From positions 62,001 to 126,000 of the forward strand of contig NIVC01001925.1 in assembly GCA_002269645.1 (NCBI GenBank): a stretch of DNA of 64,000 bases, in the 5' to 3' direction. Positions 11,236 through 24,184 of the stretch are shown piece after piece (position 1 is the stretch's first letter; each line of letters opens with the position of its first letter). Both the position numbers and the translations under genes were made by a program. Below the pieces are notes generated by a model. It had not been told where the DNA came from, did no database searches, and worked only from the letters and a program-made list of their open reading frames with translations. The DNA is from Macrostomum lignano. Lineage: Eukaryota.

Positions 11236-12699
11236 TGCTGATAGTTAGGTTGAAATTTACTAACTAGCACTATTGCACTACTACACTAACTAGGCCTTAC
11301 ACTGATGCTGAGCCGAGCTAACTCGCCTAACTGATTAAATTTAGATGGACGAAGCGCACATATAAGGCTTCCATTTCCTAGTAGCTGAGCTTCAGCTTAG
11401 ACGAAAAAAGACGGACGTAAAGTTGAAGGCCGCTCTAATATCAATTCATCTTAATTTAAAGCTCAGCTTAGCTAACAAAGTATTACCAGGACCTATCACT
11501 GTAGTATGGAAGTATTAGTGTTATTAGATTAGATTGGATTGGACAGATAGAAATGCTCTTTGCTGTTATTGCACGCTAAACTAGCTCATATTAAGTTTTG
11601 ACAAAAATGGCACAGCGGATTTAATTGACGCTTAAGTTTAAAATAGACGGTGGATAATTAGTGGTAGAAGGTAAACTATCGATCTATTATAAAGTGCTTA
11701 TTGTTTTACTTCTACCCCTTCCTTATCTATTCTGATAGAAGATAGTAGATTAGATTAGGGCTAAGACGGACCATAGGCGTAAACAACAAGATTTTTTATA
11801 GCCACTGTCTGGACAAATGGCTTCGTCTATTGTGTTTGCAAGACGCGGCTTGATCGGTTCACTTTGGCTTTAATTATTTAAGTGGCCCAGGATTGGGCGA
11901 AGTGGTTCGGACTTGTCTGGCGGATTGGCTGGCAATAAAACATGGACTTGACCCCCCCCCGCTTGGCCCAGCCCTAACCAAATTCTTGTTCCAAGTCCAA
12001 GTCTGACGACATTGTACAGTCATTCAGTTAATCCCGCGTCCTCATTGTGTCGTTTGTTGGTATTCTCTTAAAGCCACACGCTCGTAACATATATACATGT
12101 AACAAGGAAAGTTTTATTGATTTTTCACACTGTATAATGGTAAAAATTAGCTCGCGGGGAGGACTAGAGGACCGGAAGTCCCTCACTGGGCGTTTCGTAG
12201 ATTTTCCTACCCTGTAATACAAATTGTTCTTAGCCACGCTTCTATGAAACCAGATTCAAGAAGGGCCACTAAGGATTTATAAGTGAATGCGAGTTGTTCA
12301 CTATAGGAGAGAAATTGGACTACACTTACGAAGGATTGGCTTTAAAAGAAGCAGGGAGGATCTACTCTCAGTCACTCGGTGTCTGCTCTAGAAATTTAGA
12401 GTCCAGACTCCAGACTACAGACGACAGGACAACATTGGACAATTTTATACAGAAAAAGACAAGAACGAGTCGAACGACATAGAAAATGGAAGTTGAGTTA
12501 TCTATCGTTTGCACAAAAAGTAGCAAAAGGACCAGAAGACGCGGGCCGGTGCGACAAAATATTATAATTATGGTAACTTCAACTCCAGTTCTAAGTATTT
12601 ATATTGTTTAATTTAACACTGTAACTTTTATAAGCTACGTTATTTTGTAAATGTGTTGGTGTTGATCGGACGCTAATACTGAAACTTATTGTACTATTA

Positions 12700-13250
12700 A
12701 TCAACAAGGCAATTCCTAATCCTGTTCTATTCTGAGTCCCCAGTTCCTGACTCCTCCGACTGCCCAACCTAGCACATATAGCACTGGTCTAACAATGCTC
12801 CTAATCCTTATAACAATATTGAGATTGAGTTTAGCCTATCTCTCTCCTAGTCTGAGCTTAGCCTGTACCTTTAGTTATTGATTGACAATGACATTAAGTC
12901 AAGGCTAATCCCAGGTATTTTCCTTATCGTTATCTGTCGGCTTCCTACATTGAATCTTTTTAATCTTAACCTCACGGGAAAAATAAGCTATTTTGATGCA
13001 TAGCATAGAGTCTTGTATAAATAAAGACAGTCTATAACTAACATTAAGCATTATAACACTAGCATTGCTTTGGTTGAGTGTAAATGAGATGTCACTTTTG
13101 CTTTACTTAGTCTTGTACAATATATTCGCCATCATTACTTTGGAGCTTATTACTGTAGATTATCCGGACAAGATGCCCCAATATGGCAGCCAGTGAAGCC
13201 AACGTATACGCTTGGCTGATTGACAAGAAAAGAATTTCAGAGCTTCAACC
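12700..13250 (-). mobile_element. Highly degenerate LINE RT remnant
   Basis: KYLGL (12920-12906) followed by RSIVRPVL (12802-12779) on the minus strand; no open frame. Confidence 0.4.
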
Positions 13251-13719
13251 TCAATATCCAGTTGCCTGTGCGAATTCCTTATATTCCTCATTTCCCACCC
13301 CAGCTATTCCCGCCAACACCAATACGGCCTCTTCTCTTACCCCACCCCCTTCTCCAGAGCATACTGCCACTGTATCCCTATCCCAATCACCCCCTCCCCT
13401 GCTTAACTGTGTCCCAGTCTACAGTCACTTGCATCTCAGCAGCATCCCATGGGATGGAGATAGATAGAACAAAATAGCAACTATAGTGCTCTCTGCTCGC
13501 TCTGCCCCGAGTTCGTGTCTGATAGACTATAATCTATGTATATAGCCAATGCCAAGGAGGCCTAGAGTCAGAACCTGGAGCAGTAACTTTCCCCAAACTC
13601 CAATATCAGACAACTGTAGGCTGACTGCAGTTCAGTTTGCACACAACACAATGGATTGGAGAGTTTCTGCGGTATATTTTACTATCTTATATACAAAAAT
13701 GAGCCTTGGCATCTCATCC

Positions 13720-14125
13720 ATTCCCCCCCCCCCAAGCCTTGATATCTCAGCAATTCCCCCCAAGCCTTGATATCTCAGAAATCCCCCCGTAAGCCCTGAC
13801 ATCTTAGCAATTTCCCCAAGCCTTGCCGTCTCAGCGACCCCCCCCCCCCCCCCAAGACTTTACATCTCCACAATTCCCCCCAAGACTAGACATCTCAGCA
13901 ATCCACCCCAAGACTAGACATCTCAGCAATTCCCCCCCCCACCAAGACTAGACATCTCAGCAATCCCCCCCAAGACTAGACATCTCAGCAATTCCCCCCC
14001 CCCAAGACTTGACATCTCAGTAATTTGTAAGCCTGGTATCTCAGCAATCCCCCCAAGCTTTTACATCTCAGCAGTTCCCAAGACTTTACATCTCAGCAAT
14101 CCCCCCCCAAGACTTGACATCTAAA
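13720..14125. repeat. ~30 bp tandem repeat CCCCAAGACTTGACATCTCAGCAATT, reverse complement of the subunit at 666-1660
   Basis: About 12 copies; inverted similarity to GGGGAATTGCTGAGATGTCAAGGCTT. Confidence 0.85.
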
Positions 14126-14480
14126 AAATTCTTGGATATTATTACACAAGAATATGACGATTCTTTGCGTAAATCCGTTGCACTAACACACCGCGAACAT
14201 TACGTTATGCAATAATTTAAACAAAAAGAAATGGCTTGTCCCGTTCTGATCAATAGTGCTCGCTAGGGATCGCAATCCCTAAATTAGGAACACTAGTGAC
14301 TGATATGTTGAATGCACACAAGTACTGTACACATAGCGTGAGGGCGTGCCGGCGTGAGCTTTTGTAGCTTTTTGAACTCAAATCATGAGCATGTCAAATC
14401 GTTTTGGCATGCCACGTTGCCCTTCCCTTGCGAGTTACAAAATAAATATATGCATGATGCTCGACGGCATAACAAGTAGT

Positions 14481-14746
14481 CATACATGCGATACCCCCTG
14501 ATTTACACTGGCCGTGCGACTTAATTTTGACCAAAAATGCGACTTACCTGTGAAAGAAAACCCTAAAGCAAAAAATTAACGCAATTTTGGGTAAACGGCA
14601 AGAGTAACCATGACTGTCTTATCAAGACCAAATGCGTCGTCATCTACTTAGTACTACGTCAATTTTTTTGAGTGGGCACTTTTGCGACTTACCTTGGCTG
14701 TGCCCCTCGCCAGCCTGTCGGGTAGGCCGAGTGTTGCGCATGTATG
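14481..14746 (+). mobile_element. MITE, CATACATGCGCAAC family, copy 2
   Basis: Termini CATACATGCG / GTTGCGCATGTATG; 9 bp flanks ACAAGTAGT / ACAAGTCGT; interior colinear with copy 1. Confidence 0.85.
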
Positions 14747-16169
14747 ACAAGTCGTGAACCTCAGCCGAACCAGGTTGTCTCCAACTTCTTACTACGGCAT
14801 GACAACTAGTTTGAATAAAAGCCCAATAATATCTTTCTTTTAGTACTTCTGCGAAGCAAAATAAAATTTACTAGCATGCATTTAGCCTTTATCCAGATTT
14901 AATCAGACTTTAAAATGCGATGAAATTTACAAGAATTGGTTTAACATTAGTAAAATTTGGCTGAGAAATTTTCCCATCTTTTGTGTGCAAACTGAACAAC
15001 TTCAGTCAGTCTAACGTATACCTGTTGCCTGAAATTGAGTTTGGGGAAGGCTTGCTGCTCCAGGGTTCTTGCTATATAGGCCTCTATACAACATATAGAC
15101 CATAGTGCTTCTCGAAACATGTTTATTTGACAAAAGTCCTCCTGACTTCTTGTTCGCCCTTGCATGCAGAATGGAGATAACAGGCATATGGGGCATTAGT
15201 GTGCAGAAAGAGTGCACGTCGGAGATAAGGGCGTAACATACTAACAAATCAATATTGATGCAGAATTTATTTGATTTGAAGGCTCGAATCTGCATTGAGA
15301 ACATTGAGAGCTCTATATTAACAGTTACAAAAGATTAATTACAGTTTTACCTGCGTGGGGATTAATAATTTTTATTAATAATAGATTTTTGGCATGAATC
15401 GCGTGCATCTACATGTATGGAGCAGAGCACTCGATCAGTCTGTTTATTCGCGTGCAAGACTGTAATATCCTGGTGAATGACAGGGATATTTTTAGATTGC
15501 TATTTTCTATACGATAAACATCCTTATGCAACACACTTTCAATGGAATAATAAGGTTTCGATCTAGTCTTCATGCATATCTGTGCCTCAGGGCAGACTTC
15601 CTATATTATATATAGCTTGAAATGATAGTATTCTATAAGACAGACCTGATGCTTGCGATATCATTCGCGTCATGACACGAGCGTAACTATATGAAGAACT
15701 GGCTTATATTTCCTGCTTCCTCTTTTGCCTAGCTTGCTTGCTTGGCCAGGTAAAGAGAGAGAGAGAGAAGTAGGAAGAAGAACAAATATGAATTATTAGG
15801 ACCTGTGAGGGAGATTTGGGGAAGGCCGCAAAGGATTAGAAAGCGCTTGGATGGATGGATAGACCGGACTGCAGGATGAAAAACTACGTGCTGCAGAAGG
15901 AGCTTTGAAGCAGACTAAGGGCGATCAGAACGGCGGAGTAACGATTATTCTCCTGCAGTCTCCCCGCCTCCTCCATTGCCGGCTCTTCATTTTCTTCTGC
16001 AGCAGCAGCAGAAGCAATTACGTTTCTTTCTCCTACCTTGACAGCCAAGACTGTCCAATTTTTTATAGTATGGAGTTGAGCTATGAAAGCCCTGCGCAGC
16101 TCTTCTCTAAATGATTACTGCCTGGCTGTACTCAAGTGGCCAAGACACTCGGCGCGCTAGTCCAAAGCG

Positions 16170-16650
16170 TCACGCACTGACAGAGAACACAGTGATTGAC
16201 TGACACATGCAAAGCACACTATAGTTAGCCCAGAGCAGCACAGGCTTAGCACACTAGTTAGCCCAGAAACAGATAGCACACTAGTTAGCCCAGAACAGCA
16301 CACAGATAGCACACTAGTTAGCCCAGGACAGCACACAGATAGCACACTAGTTAGCCCAGAACAGCACACAGATAGCACACTAGTTAGCCCAGGACAGCAC
16401 ACAGATAGCACACTAGTTAGCCCAGAACAGCACACAGATAGCACACTAGTTAGCCCAGGACAGCACACAGATAGCACACTAGTTAGCCCAGAACAGCACA
16501 CAGATAGCACACTAGTTAGCCCAGGACAGCACACAGATAGCACACTAGTTAGCCCAGGACAGCACACAGATAGCACACTAGTTAGCCCAGAACAGCACAC
16601 AGATTAGCACACTAGTTAGCCCAGGACAGCACACAGCACACTAGTTAGCA
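16170..16650. repeat. 33 bp minisatellite CTAGTTAGCCCAG(G/A)ACAGCACACAGATAGCACA
   Basis: About 14 near-perfect copies. Confidence 0.95.
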
Positions 16651-17089
16651 CGATAATTTCACCAGCTTTGCTGCCCAAGGTATGAGGGAAAAATAAAGCA
16701 GAAGTTAATATTAAGAGGTACTCGACTCGAGGGGCAGAGAGCAAAAGTACGAAGCCCTTTAGGGGATGGGGATCTCGATAAACAGGCGAGGGGGCGGAGC
16801 AAACCTATTTAGAGCTGCAGGAAGGGGTTCAGCGCGAATAAACCCTTGGGAGCCTGCAATCCAATTAATGCTTTAATGTCTAACTTTAATTATGTATATA
16901 CAAAAGCTATAAATATACGCAAAAAGCCCAAGGGCTTAACCTATCTCCCCATATATAGTTTTGCTATCCAGATATCTTTAGCCTTTCTGTCTATAAACTG
17001 GCTATAAGCTGAGATTATTTAAATAAAACATTTAGACTTAGGAGGGAGATGCCAGACCCCAAGCCTAACACCTTGAACTTAGTAGGATG

Positions 17090-18010
17090 GAGATACCAGA
17101 CTCGGATCCCTGCTCACAACAATGAAGAGGGAGATACCAGACTCGGATCCCTGCTCACAACAATGAAAAGGGAGATACCAGACCCGGATCCCTGCTCACA
17201 ACAATGAAGAGGGAGATACCAGACCCGGATCCCTGCTCACACAATGAGGAGAGAGATACCAGACCTGGATCCCTGCTCGCACTCTGAGGAGGAGGGAGAT
17301 ACCAGACCCGGATCCCTGCTCGCACACAGAGGAGGGAGATACCAGACCCTGATCCCTGCTCGCACACAGAGGAGGGAGATACCAGACCCTGATCCCTGCT
17401 CGCACACAGAGGAGGGAGATACCAGACCCTGATCCCTGCTCGCACACAGAGGAGGGAGATACCAGACCATGATCCCTGCTCGCACTTTGAGGAGGAGGGA
17501 GATACCATACCCTGATCCCTGCTCGCACTCTGAGGAGGAGGGAGATACCAGACCCTGATCCCTGCTCGCACTTTGAGGAGGAGGGAGATACCATACCCTG
17601 ATCCCTGCTCGCACTCTGAGGAGGAGGGAGATACCATACCCTGATCCCTGCTCGCACTCTGAGGAGGAGGGAGATACCAGACCCTGATCCCTGCTCGCAC
17701 ACTGAGGAGGAGGGAGTTACCAGACCCTGATCCCTGCTCGCACACTGAGGAGGAGGGAGATACCAGACCATGATCCCTGCTCGCACACAGAGGAGGGAAA
17801 TACCAGACCATGATCCCTGCTCGCACACAGAGGAGGGAGATACCAGACCCTGATCCCTGCTCGCACTCTGAGGAGGGAGATACCAGACCATGATCCCTGC
17901 TCGCACACAGAGGAGGGAGATACCAGACCCTGATCCCTGCTCGCACACAGAGGAGGGAGATACCAGACCCTGATCCCTGCTCGCACTCTGAGGAGGGAGA
18001 TACCAGACCA
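17090..18010. repeat. 40-43 bp minisatellite GATCCCTGCTCGCACACAGAGGAGGGAGATACCAGACCCT
   Basis: About 22 copies ending ~45 nt before the SLC6 exon 2 acceptor. Confidence 0.95.
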
Positions 18011-18053
18011 GACTTCTCAGTCCCATCATCCCTACAAAAACTCGCACCCCCAG

Positions 18054-18342
18054 AGTGACGAGAAAGTGTACAATCCAGAGGAGACTCAGCCATTCGCGGT
18101 CGCCAACCAAGAGCTGGGACCTGTCGCAGCCGCGGCGGCCGCCGCCGCTATGGCGACCTCAAACTCGAACGCCGCCGATCCCCAGTGGAACGTTGAAGCC
18201 GGCAACCTGCCAGTTGATGCAGCCCAGCAGGGCCGAGCAGCCTGGGGCGGCAAGGTGGAGTTCTTCCTCACCGCCATTGGTTACGCCGTTGGCTTGGGAA
18301 ACGTGTGGCGATTTCCCTACCTGTGCTACAAGAATGGCGGAG
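18054..18342 (+). CDS. SLC6 Na+/Cl- dependent amino-acid transporter (glycine/proline transporter-like), exon with TM1
   Basis: [40 protein letters not shown]6 signature; Gly rather than Asp in TM1 indicates an amino-acid, not monoamine, substrate; acceptor 18053, donor GTGAG 18343. Confidence 0.95.
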
Positions 18343-18384
18343 GTGAGGCTGGGATTAAAATCCATGGGAACTGGGAACTGATTC

Positions 18385-18780
18385 TTCCCAGACACCCTGA
18401 TCCCAAATCCCACTGACTTCCCTGATACCCTGATCCCAAATCCCACTGACTCTTCCCAGACACCCTGATCCCAAATCTCACTGACGTCCCTGATACCCTG
18501 ATCCCAAATCCCACTGACTCTTCCCTGATACCCTGATCCCAAATCTCACTGACTCTTCCCAGACATCCTGATCCCAAATCCTACCGACTCTTCATAGACA
18601 TCCTCATCCCAAATCTCACCCACTTCCCAGACATCCTGATCCCAAATCCCACTGACTCTTCCCAGACACCCTAATCCCAAATCCTGCACTGACTCATTTC
18701 AGCTACCCAGATCCGAAATCCCATAGACACGCTCTAGATTCCAAAATCCCGAATCCCACTGACTCTTCCCAGATATCTCA
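18385..18780. repeat. 33-35 bp intronic minisatellite CCTGATCCCAAATCCCACTGACTCTTCCCAGACAC
   Basis: Direct copies. Confidence 0.9.
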
Positions 18781-18887
18781 GATATATACAATATTTTCCC
18801 AGCATCCCACTCTGATAAATCTAAAACTTGCTCAATTTCGCCAGAAAACCGACCCTTAAAGTCAAACGCCCCATCTGTTAACCGCAG

Positions 18888-19019
18888 GAGCCTTCCTCCT
18901 GCCCTACTGCCTCATGCTGGCCCTGGTCGGCCTGCCCTGCTTCTTTCTGGAGCTCAGCTTCGGCCAGTTCGCCAGCCTCGGCCCGCTGACCATCTGGCGG
19001 GTCAGCCCGCTGTTTAAAG
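18888..19019 (+). CDS. SLC6 transporter exon (TM2)
   Basis: [45 protein letters not shown]; AG/GT boundaries, phase 1-1. Confidence 0.95.
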
Positions 19020-19119
19020 GTGAGTGGCCGGGGTTAGAAAGCGCAAGCGGACGAAGTGTAGTGCACGGAGAGAGGAGTTCATGTCGAGGGCAAGAAGGTG
19101 AATAGCGAATAGTGGAGAG

Positions 19120-19375
19120 CGGATTAGAGAGTAGGTAGCGGATACTGGAGAGCGGATTAGAGAGTAGATGGTGGATAGTGGAGATTCGAAGAGCTGATTA
19201 GAGAGTAGATGGTGGATAGTGGAGATTCGAAGAGCTGATTAGAGAGTAGATAGTGGATAGTGGAGATTTGAAGAGCTGATTAGAGAGTAGATAGTGGATA
19301 GTGGAGATTCGAAGAGCTGATTAGAGAGTAGATAGTGGATAGTGGAGATTCGAAGAGCTGATTAGAGAGTAGATA
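19120..19375. repeat. 41 bp intronic minisatellite GGATAGTGGAGATTCGAAGAGCTGATTAGAGAGTAGATAGT
   Basis: About 6 copies. Confidence 0.9.
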
Positions 19376-19846
19376 GCTCGATCCAGAATAACCAGTGTTG
19401 ATCCGTGGATTGAACGTGCAACAGCTCCGTGTAGTGCGTGATTGGGTTCCTGTTTTTATCCCAATTATTCAGAAAGTTCTGGAAGTTCAGAAAACTGGAA
19501 AAAAATCCAATTCAAGTGAGGTTATAAAATAGAATAATAATGTGAGACAACAATGCATCGGTAATTTCTATTTTAAGTTTGTAATAATCTTTGTAATCAT
19601 CTATGACAACGCATGTAAACTGTCTGCATCGTCTGACCTCATTGTCCCCTGGGACTGCATCCACCCTGCAAGAGCCACTTGGCTTTAAAAGTACACTTGA
19701 GTCCTCCGTCTCAGAAAGCCATTTTTTCATTAAAATTCACTTCAAATCATGGGTAAACGGCTGGAGTAGCTATTATTAAATTTTAAATAAAGAATCGCCT
19801 CGTCATCTAATTATTAACTTCGAAATGACTTAAATCATGTTTCCAG

Positions 19847-20092
19847 GCCTCGGCGTTGCTATGGTGATGGTATCACTGATCCTGTCCTCTTACTACAACG
19901 TGATCGTGGCCCAGTGCCTGTTCTACCTGGTCCACAGTTTCCAGGCCAGACTGCCTTGGGAAAGTTGCGACGAGTCATGGCGGAGCGGCCTGTGCCGAGA
20001 GTACAGATCTCCGGGGGAGAGCGAAAATGCCACTGAGGCTATTAGCTATGGCGGAGCGTACTGGAACTTCACGGGGGAACTGGAGTGCTCGT
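19847..20092 (+). CDS. SLC6 transporter exon (TM3, EL2)
   Basis: GLGVAMVMVSLILSSYYNVIVAQCLFYL...LPWESCDESWRSGLC; donor GTGAGT at 20093. Confidence 0.93.
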
Positions 20093-20124
20093 GTGAGTGC
20101 TGAATTGGCTGCCTGGCTGCTGCG

Positions 20125-20760
20125 AAGCTATTAGGGGATTTCATTAAGCTGTTAGGGGATTCCATGAAGCTATTAGGGGATTCCATAAAGCTATTAGGGG
20201 ATTCTATGAAGCTGTTAGAGGATTCCATGAAGCTGTTAGGAGATTCCATGAAGCTATTAGGGGATCCCATGAAGCTATTAGGGGATCCCATGAAGCTATT
20301 AGGAGATTCCATGAAGCTATTAGGAGATTCCATTTTTTTATTAGAGGCAGGGGGGTTGTGTGCACCCTGGCGCACTTTAAGCGACATAGGCACGCAACCG
20401 GCGAGAGGCACTGCTGCCCATTCCGCCGACTCCCCTGAACAGGCATACAAGCGCGCGAATACGTACGCAGGCACACACTCACACAGGAGTGTACAGCGGC
20501 CCTAACTTTATTTATCGTTAGGCATGTACACTTCACTGCGCCAAATTAATGTGACTGCACTTGGAATCGAGCCTGGGTCGCTGGCACGCCAGAGCAGCTG
20601 CGCTACCGCTGGGCTACGGCCCCCTCTTAGAAGATTCCATAAAGCTATTAGGGGATTCCATGAAGGTTATTAGGGAATTCCATGAAGGTTATTAAGGGAT
20701 TCCATGAAGATATTAGGATATTCTATGAAGGTTATTATTAGGTGATGCCATGAAACTACT
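20125..20760. repeat. 21 bp minisatellite GATTCCATGAAGCTATTAGGG, split by a SINE insertion
   Basis: Arrays at about 20125-20332 and 20628-20760. Confidence 0.9.
20333..20623 (-). mobile_element. tRNA-derived SINE (~290 bp)
   Basis: Minus-strand head GGGGCCGTAGCCCAGCGGTAG (A box) ... GGCTCGATTCC (B box); 3' end CTAATAAAAAAA. Confidence 0.75.
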
Positions 20761-20923
20761 TGGACATGACTTTAAACTAGACAAGTTAGCAAGCATTAAA
20801 AACGCCTTTATACGATCGTAAATAATTAGGTAAAATTGACACTCACGCAGCAACTGTCAATTGGTGTGAATAATCCAGCGATGAAAAAGCGACCCTATGT
20901 TCTCATTCCCAATTTCATTCCAG

Positions 20924-20978
20924 TCAACAGCACCAATGTGAGCACGAAATGCCGCGCCCCATCCGAGGAGTTTTATGA
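20924..20978 (+). CDS. SLC6 transporter micro-exon (EL2)
   Basis: FNSTNVSTKCRAPSEEFYE matches the SLC6 SPxEEF motif; CCAG acceptor, GTAAGC donor, phase 1-2 fits its neighbours. Confidence 0.88.
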
Positions 20979-21122
20979 GTAAGCCTCGGTTGTTTTGTAA
21001 ATTGGGGTAGTAAAAATGTACTTTTAAACTCGAAGTAAATTCTGGGCCTTCTTGATAATTACGAGAAGCACAGATTTTTATTTACTTTAAAAGTACAAAA
21101 CATCAGTTTTTGTGGAATACTA

Positions 21123-21685
21123 TCGAATTATCCTGTAAAAAACTTTATACGAAAGTGCACGTGTACTTCGAAAGGACATAAATTAGCGTGTACGAATAAA
21201 AGCATTGGAAAATGCGTTTTCCTAAAGTGCATGTGCACTTTTGAAGTAGCGGTATAAGGTTTGTATTGTAAGTGCATGGATGCGTACTTTAGAAGTGCAA
21301 AAATCAGAACACAAGCACGGGGGCTTGTTCTAAAATCTGCATGTGTACTTTTAAAATATTGTTAGGAAGCTTCATAGCAACAGAAAATCTTAAACTTAAA
21401 CACACCACAGATCAAATTATCCTGTAAAATAACGTGATACAAAAGTGCACGCGTACGTTGAAAGTACATGCATCAGCATGTACGAATCAAAGCAGTGGAA
21501 ATATTTCCCAAAAGTACGTGTGCACTTTTAAAGTATAAGGTTTGTATTACAAGTGCATGCAAACTTTAAAAGTACAAAAATCAGAATCCAAGCAGGGGGC
21601 TTTTCCTGAAAAGTGCACGTGCACTTTTAATTATTGTTATAAATTTTCACAATAACATAAAATATTGAATTTAAACGCACCCCAG
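21123..21685. repeat. ~285 bp tandem duplication forming most of SLC6 intron 5
   Basis: Two colinear diverged copies (about 21123-21410 and 21411-21685), rich in GTGCAC palindromes. Confidence 0.8.
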
Positions 21686-21953
21686 GCGCTATGTGCTGCG
21701 GCTGACATCCAGTATTGAGGACTACGGCGATTTTAATTGGCGGCTAGCCATAGCTCTTTTCATAGCCTGGATCGTCGTCACCCTGGTGCTGATCAAAGGC
21801 ATCCAGTCGCTGGGCAAAGTGTCCTACTTTACCGCCATCTTCCCCTACCTGATGCTCACAGCCATGCTCATCCGGGGCGCCACCCTGCCCGGCGCGCTGC
21901 AAGGCGTGCTGTTCTACGTCAAGCCCAAGTGGGGTCGCCTGCTGGACTATAAG
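21686..21953 (+). CDS. SLC6 transporter exon (TM4-5)
   Basis: RYVLRLTSSIEDYGDFNWRLAIALFIAWIVV...GKVSYFTAIFPY...LPGALQGVLFYVKPKWGRLLDYK. Confidence 0.95.
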
Positions 21954-22064
21954 GTGCGTTGAAACTGCTGTCCCTCTCTGACCTGCGACTTATGGGCTGT
22001 GCCTGTCTCCGCATCTCTCTCTCATATGCCTGAGTTAAATTGAGAGATAAAAATCTCATACCAC

Positions 22065-22920
22065 TGATTGCAGCATCAATCTCATAGCGGATTGTATCAA
22101 TCTCATAATGGATTGTATCAATCTCATAATGGATTGTATCAATCTCATATGGATTCTATCAATCTCATATGGATTCTATCAATCTCATAGTGGATTCTAT
22201 CAATCTCATAATAGATTCTATCAATACCATAATGGATTGTATCAATCTTATATTGGATTCTATCAATCTTATAATAAATCCAATCAATCTCAATAGATTC
22301 TATCAATCTCATAATGGATTGCATCAATCTCATAATAGATTCTATCAATCTCATAATGAATTGCATCAATCTCATAATAGATTGTATCAATCTCATAGCG
22401 GATTGTATCAATCTCATAATGGATTGCATCAATCTCAGCGGATTGTATCAATCTCATAATGGATTGTATCAATCTCAGCGGATTGTATCAATCTCATAAT
22501 GGATTGTATCAATCTGATAGTGGATTCTATCAATCTCATAATGGATTCTATCAATCTCATATGGATTCTATCAATCTCATATGGATTCTATCAATCTCAT
22601 ATGGATTCTATCAATCTCATAATGGATTGTATCAATCTCATAATAGATTCTATCAATCTCATAATGAATTGCATCAATCTCATAATAGATTCTATCAATC
22701 TCATAATGAATTGCATCAATCTCATAATAGATTGTATCAATCTCATAGCGGATTGTATCAATCTCATAATGGATTGTATCAATCTGATAGTGGATTGCAT
22801 CAATCTCATAATGGATTGCATCAATCTCATAATGGATTGTATCAATCTCATAATGGATTGTATCAATCTCATAATGGATTGTATCAATCTCATAATGGAT
22901 TCTATCAACCTCAGCCTTGA
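22065..22920. repeat. 20-21 bp minisatellite ATCAATCTCATAATGGATTGT
   Basis: About 40 copies in SLC6 intron 6. Confidence 0.95.
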
Positions 22921-22999
22921 TTGTATCTATCTTTATGTACTTTTTACCAAGTTATCTCGTATTTTTCTCACTTTTCTCACCCTTCTTTCACCATCGCAG

Positions 23000-23341
23000 G
23001 TGTGGATGGAGGCGGCCACGCAAATTTTCTTCAGCCTGTCCTGCTGCAACGGCGGCCTCATAGCCATGAGCTCGTACAATAAATTCCGCAACAACTGCCA
23101 GCGAGACGCTGTGATTGTGGCCCTGATCAACTGCGCCACCTCAGTCTTTGCCGGCTTTGTCATCTTCTGCAACCTCGGCTTCATGGCGCACAAGAAGAAC
23201 GTTAGAGTAGAGGACGTTGCCAAAGGCGGGCCAGGCCTGGCCTTTGTGGTGTACCCGGAGGCGCTGACGCACATGCCGCTGTCGCCTCTGTGGGCCGTTC
23301 TGTTCTTCATAATGATGGCCACGCTGGGTTTTGGTTCGCAG
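23000..23341 (+). CDS. SLC6 transporter exon (TM6-8)
   Basis: [29 protein letters not shown]...[38 protein letters not shown]; donor GTGAGT at 23342. Confidence 0.95.
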
Positions 23342-24184
23342 GTGAGTGATATTTTTTTCTATTTTCCATTTATTAGAAGAACGTACATTTCCTATGTACA
23401 CTTGTAGACAGTCGCGGTGTACATTGAATTAGGGGTTTTCCAGGCTAAAAATAGCCTGTTGGAGATGTACATATCTAGGGTTTAAAAAATAAATTGTTTA
23501 ATAGTTTATGCTTAATGTACAGTTGTCATGTAAATCTGTAGGCTGTGATTCTTACTATCCGAGATGTACATTCAAAGGATTTTCCTAGCTAAAAATAGCC
23601 GGCTGGAAATGTACCTTCTTAGATCATTATCTAAAAATAGCTACGACCATGACGTCATTGACAGCATGCTAAAAATAGCCGAAAACCCTCTGCATAGTCT
23701 ACACTCCTAGGGGTTTCCTGGTTAAAAATAATCTTCCTAAAAATATTTGCCGTTTTCAATTCGTCAATTGCTTTTCCAAATACGGGCAGAGCTTAGGAAG
23801 AGAAGATGCGGCAGCAAAATACAGTTTCAGGTGACAAAAGCAAGGTATTTATCGAAGGCGTTGCTTAAGCTTAGCAAGGTAATAGACTTAAGCCCAGGTG
23901 AATACTAAGCTGCAGTCGGTTTGCATCACCTGCCGAGGAAATGGGAAACCCTTAATTAGACGCACAAAGACAAAGGGGCGTGACGAGCTGCGAAAATTGC
24001 TGCGGGAATTTCGAAAAAAAATATCTGTCTGCTTTGACTGATTAGGGTTTATGAAGAGAGAGGAGAATGCAAAGCTACCCGGAATAGTAAGCACCGTTTT
24101 ATTAAATCTTCAGGCCATGTAACTGTCTGAATTATTTATTGGCAGTAATTTTTATAAGCAGACCTAATGTCCAGAAATTTGGTG

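Noticed and set aside
15850-16114. Possible extra SLC6 5' exon or small ORF
   Set aside because: No convincing in-phase donor/acceptor pair or homology; left unannotated.
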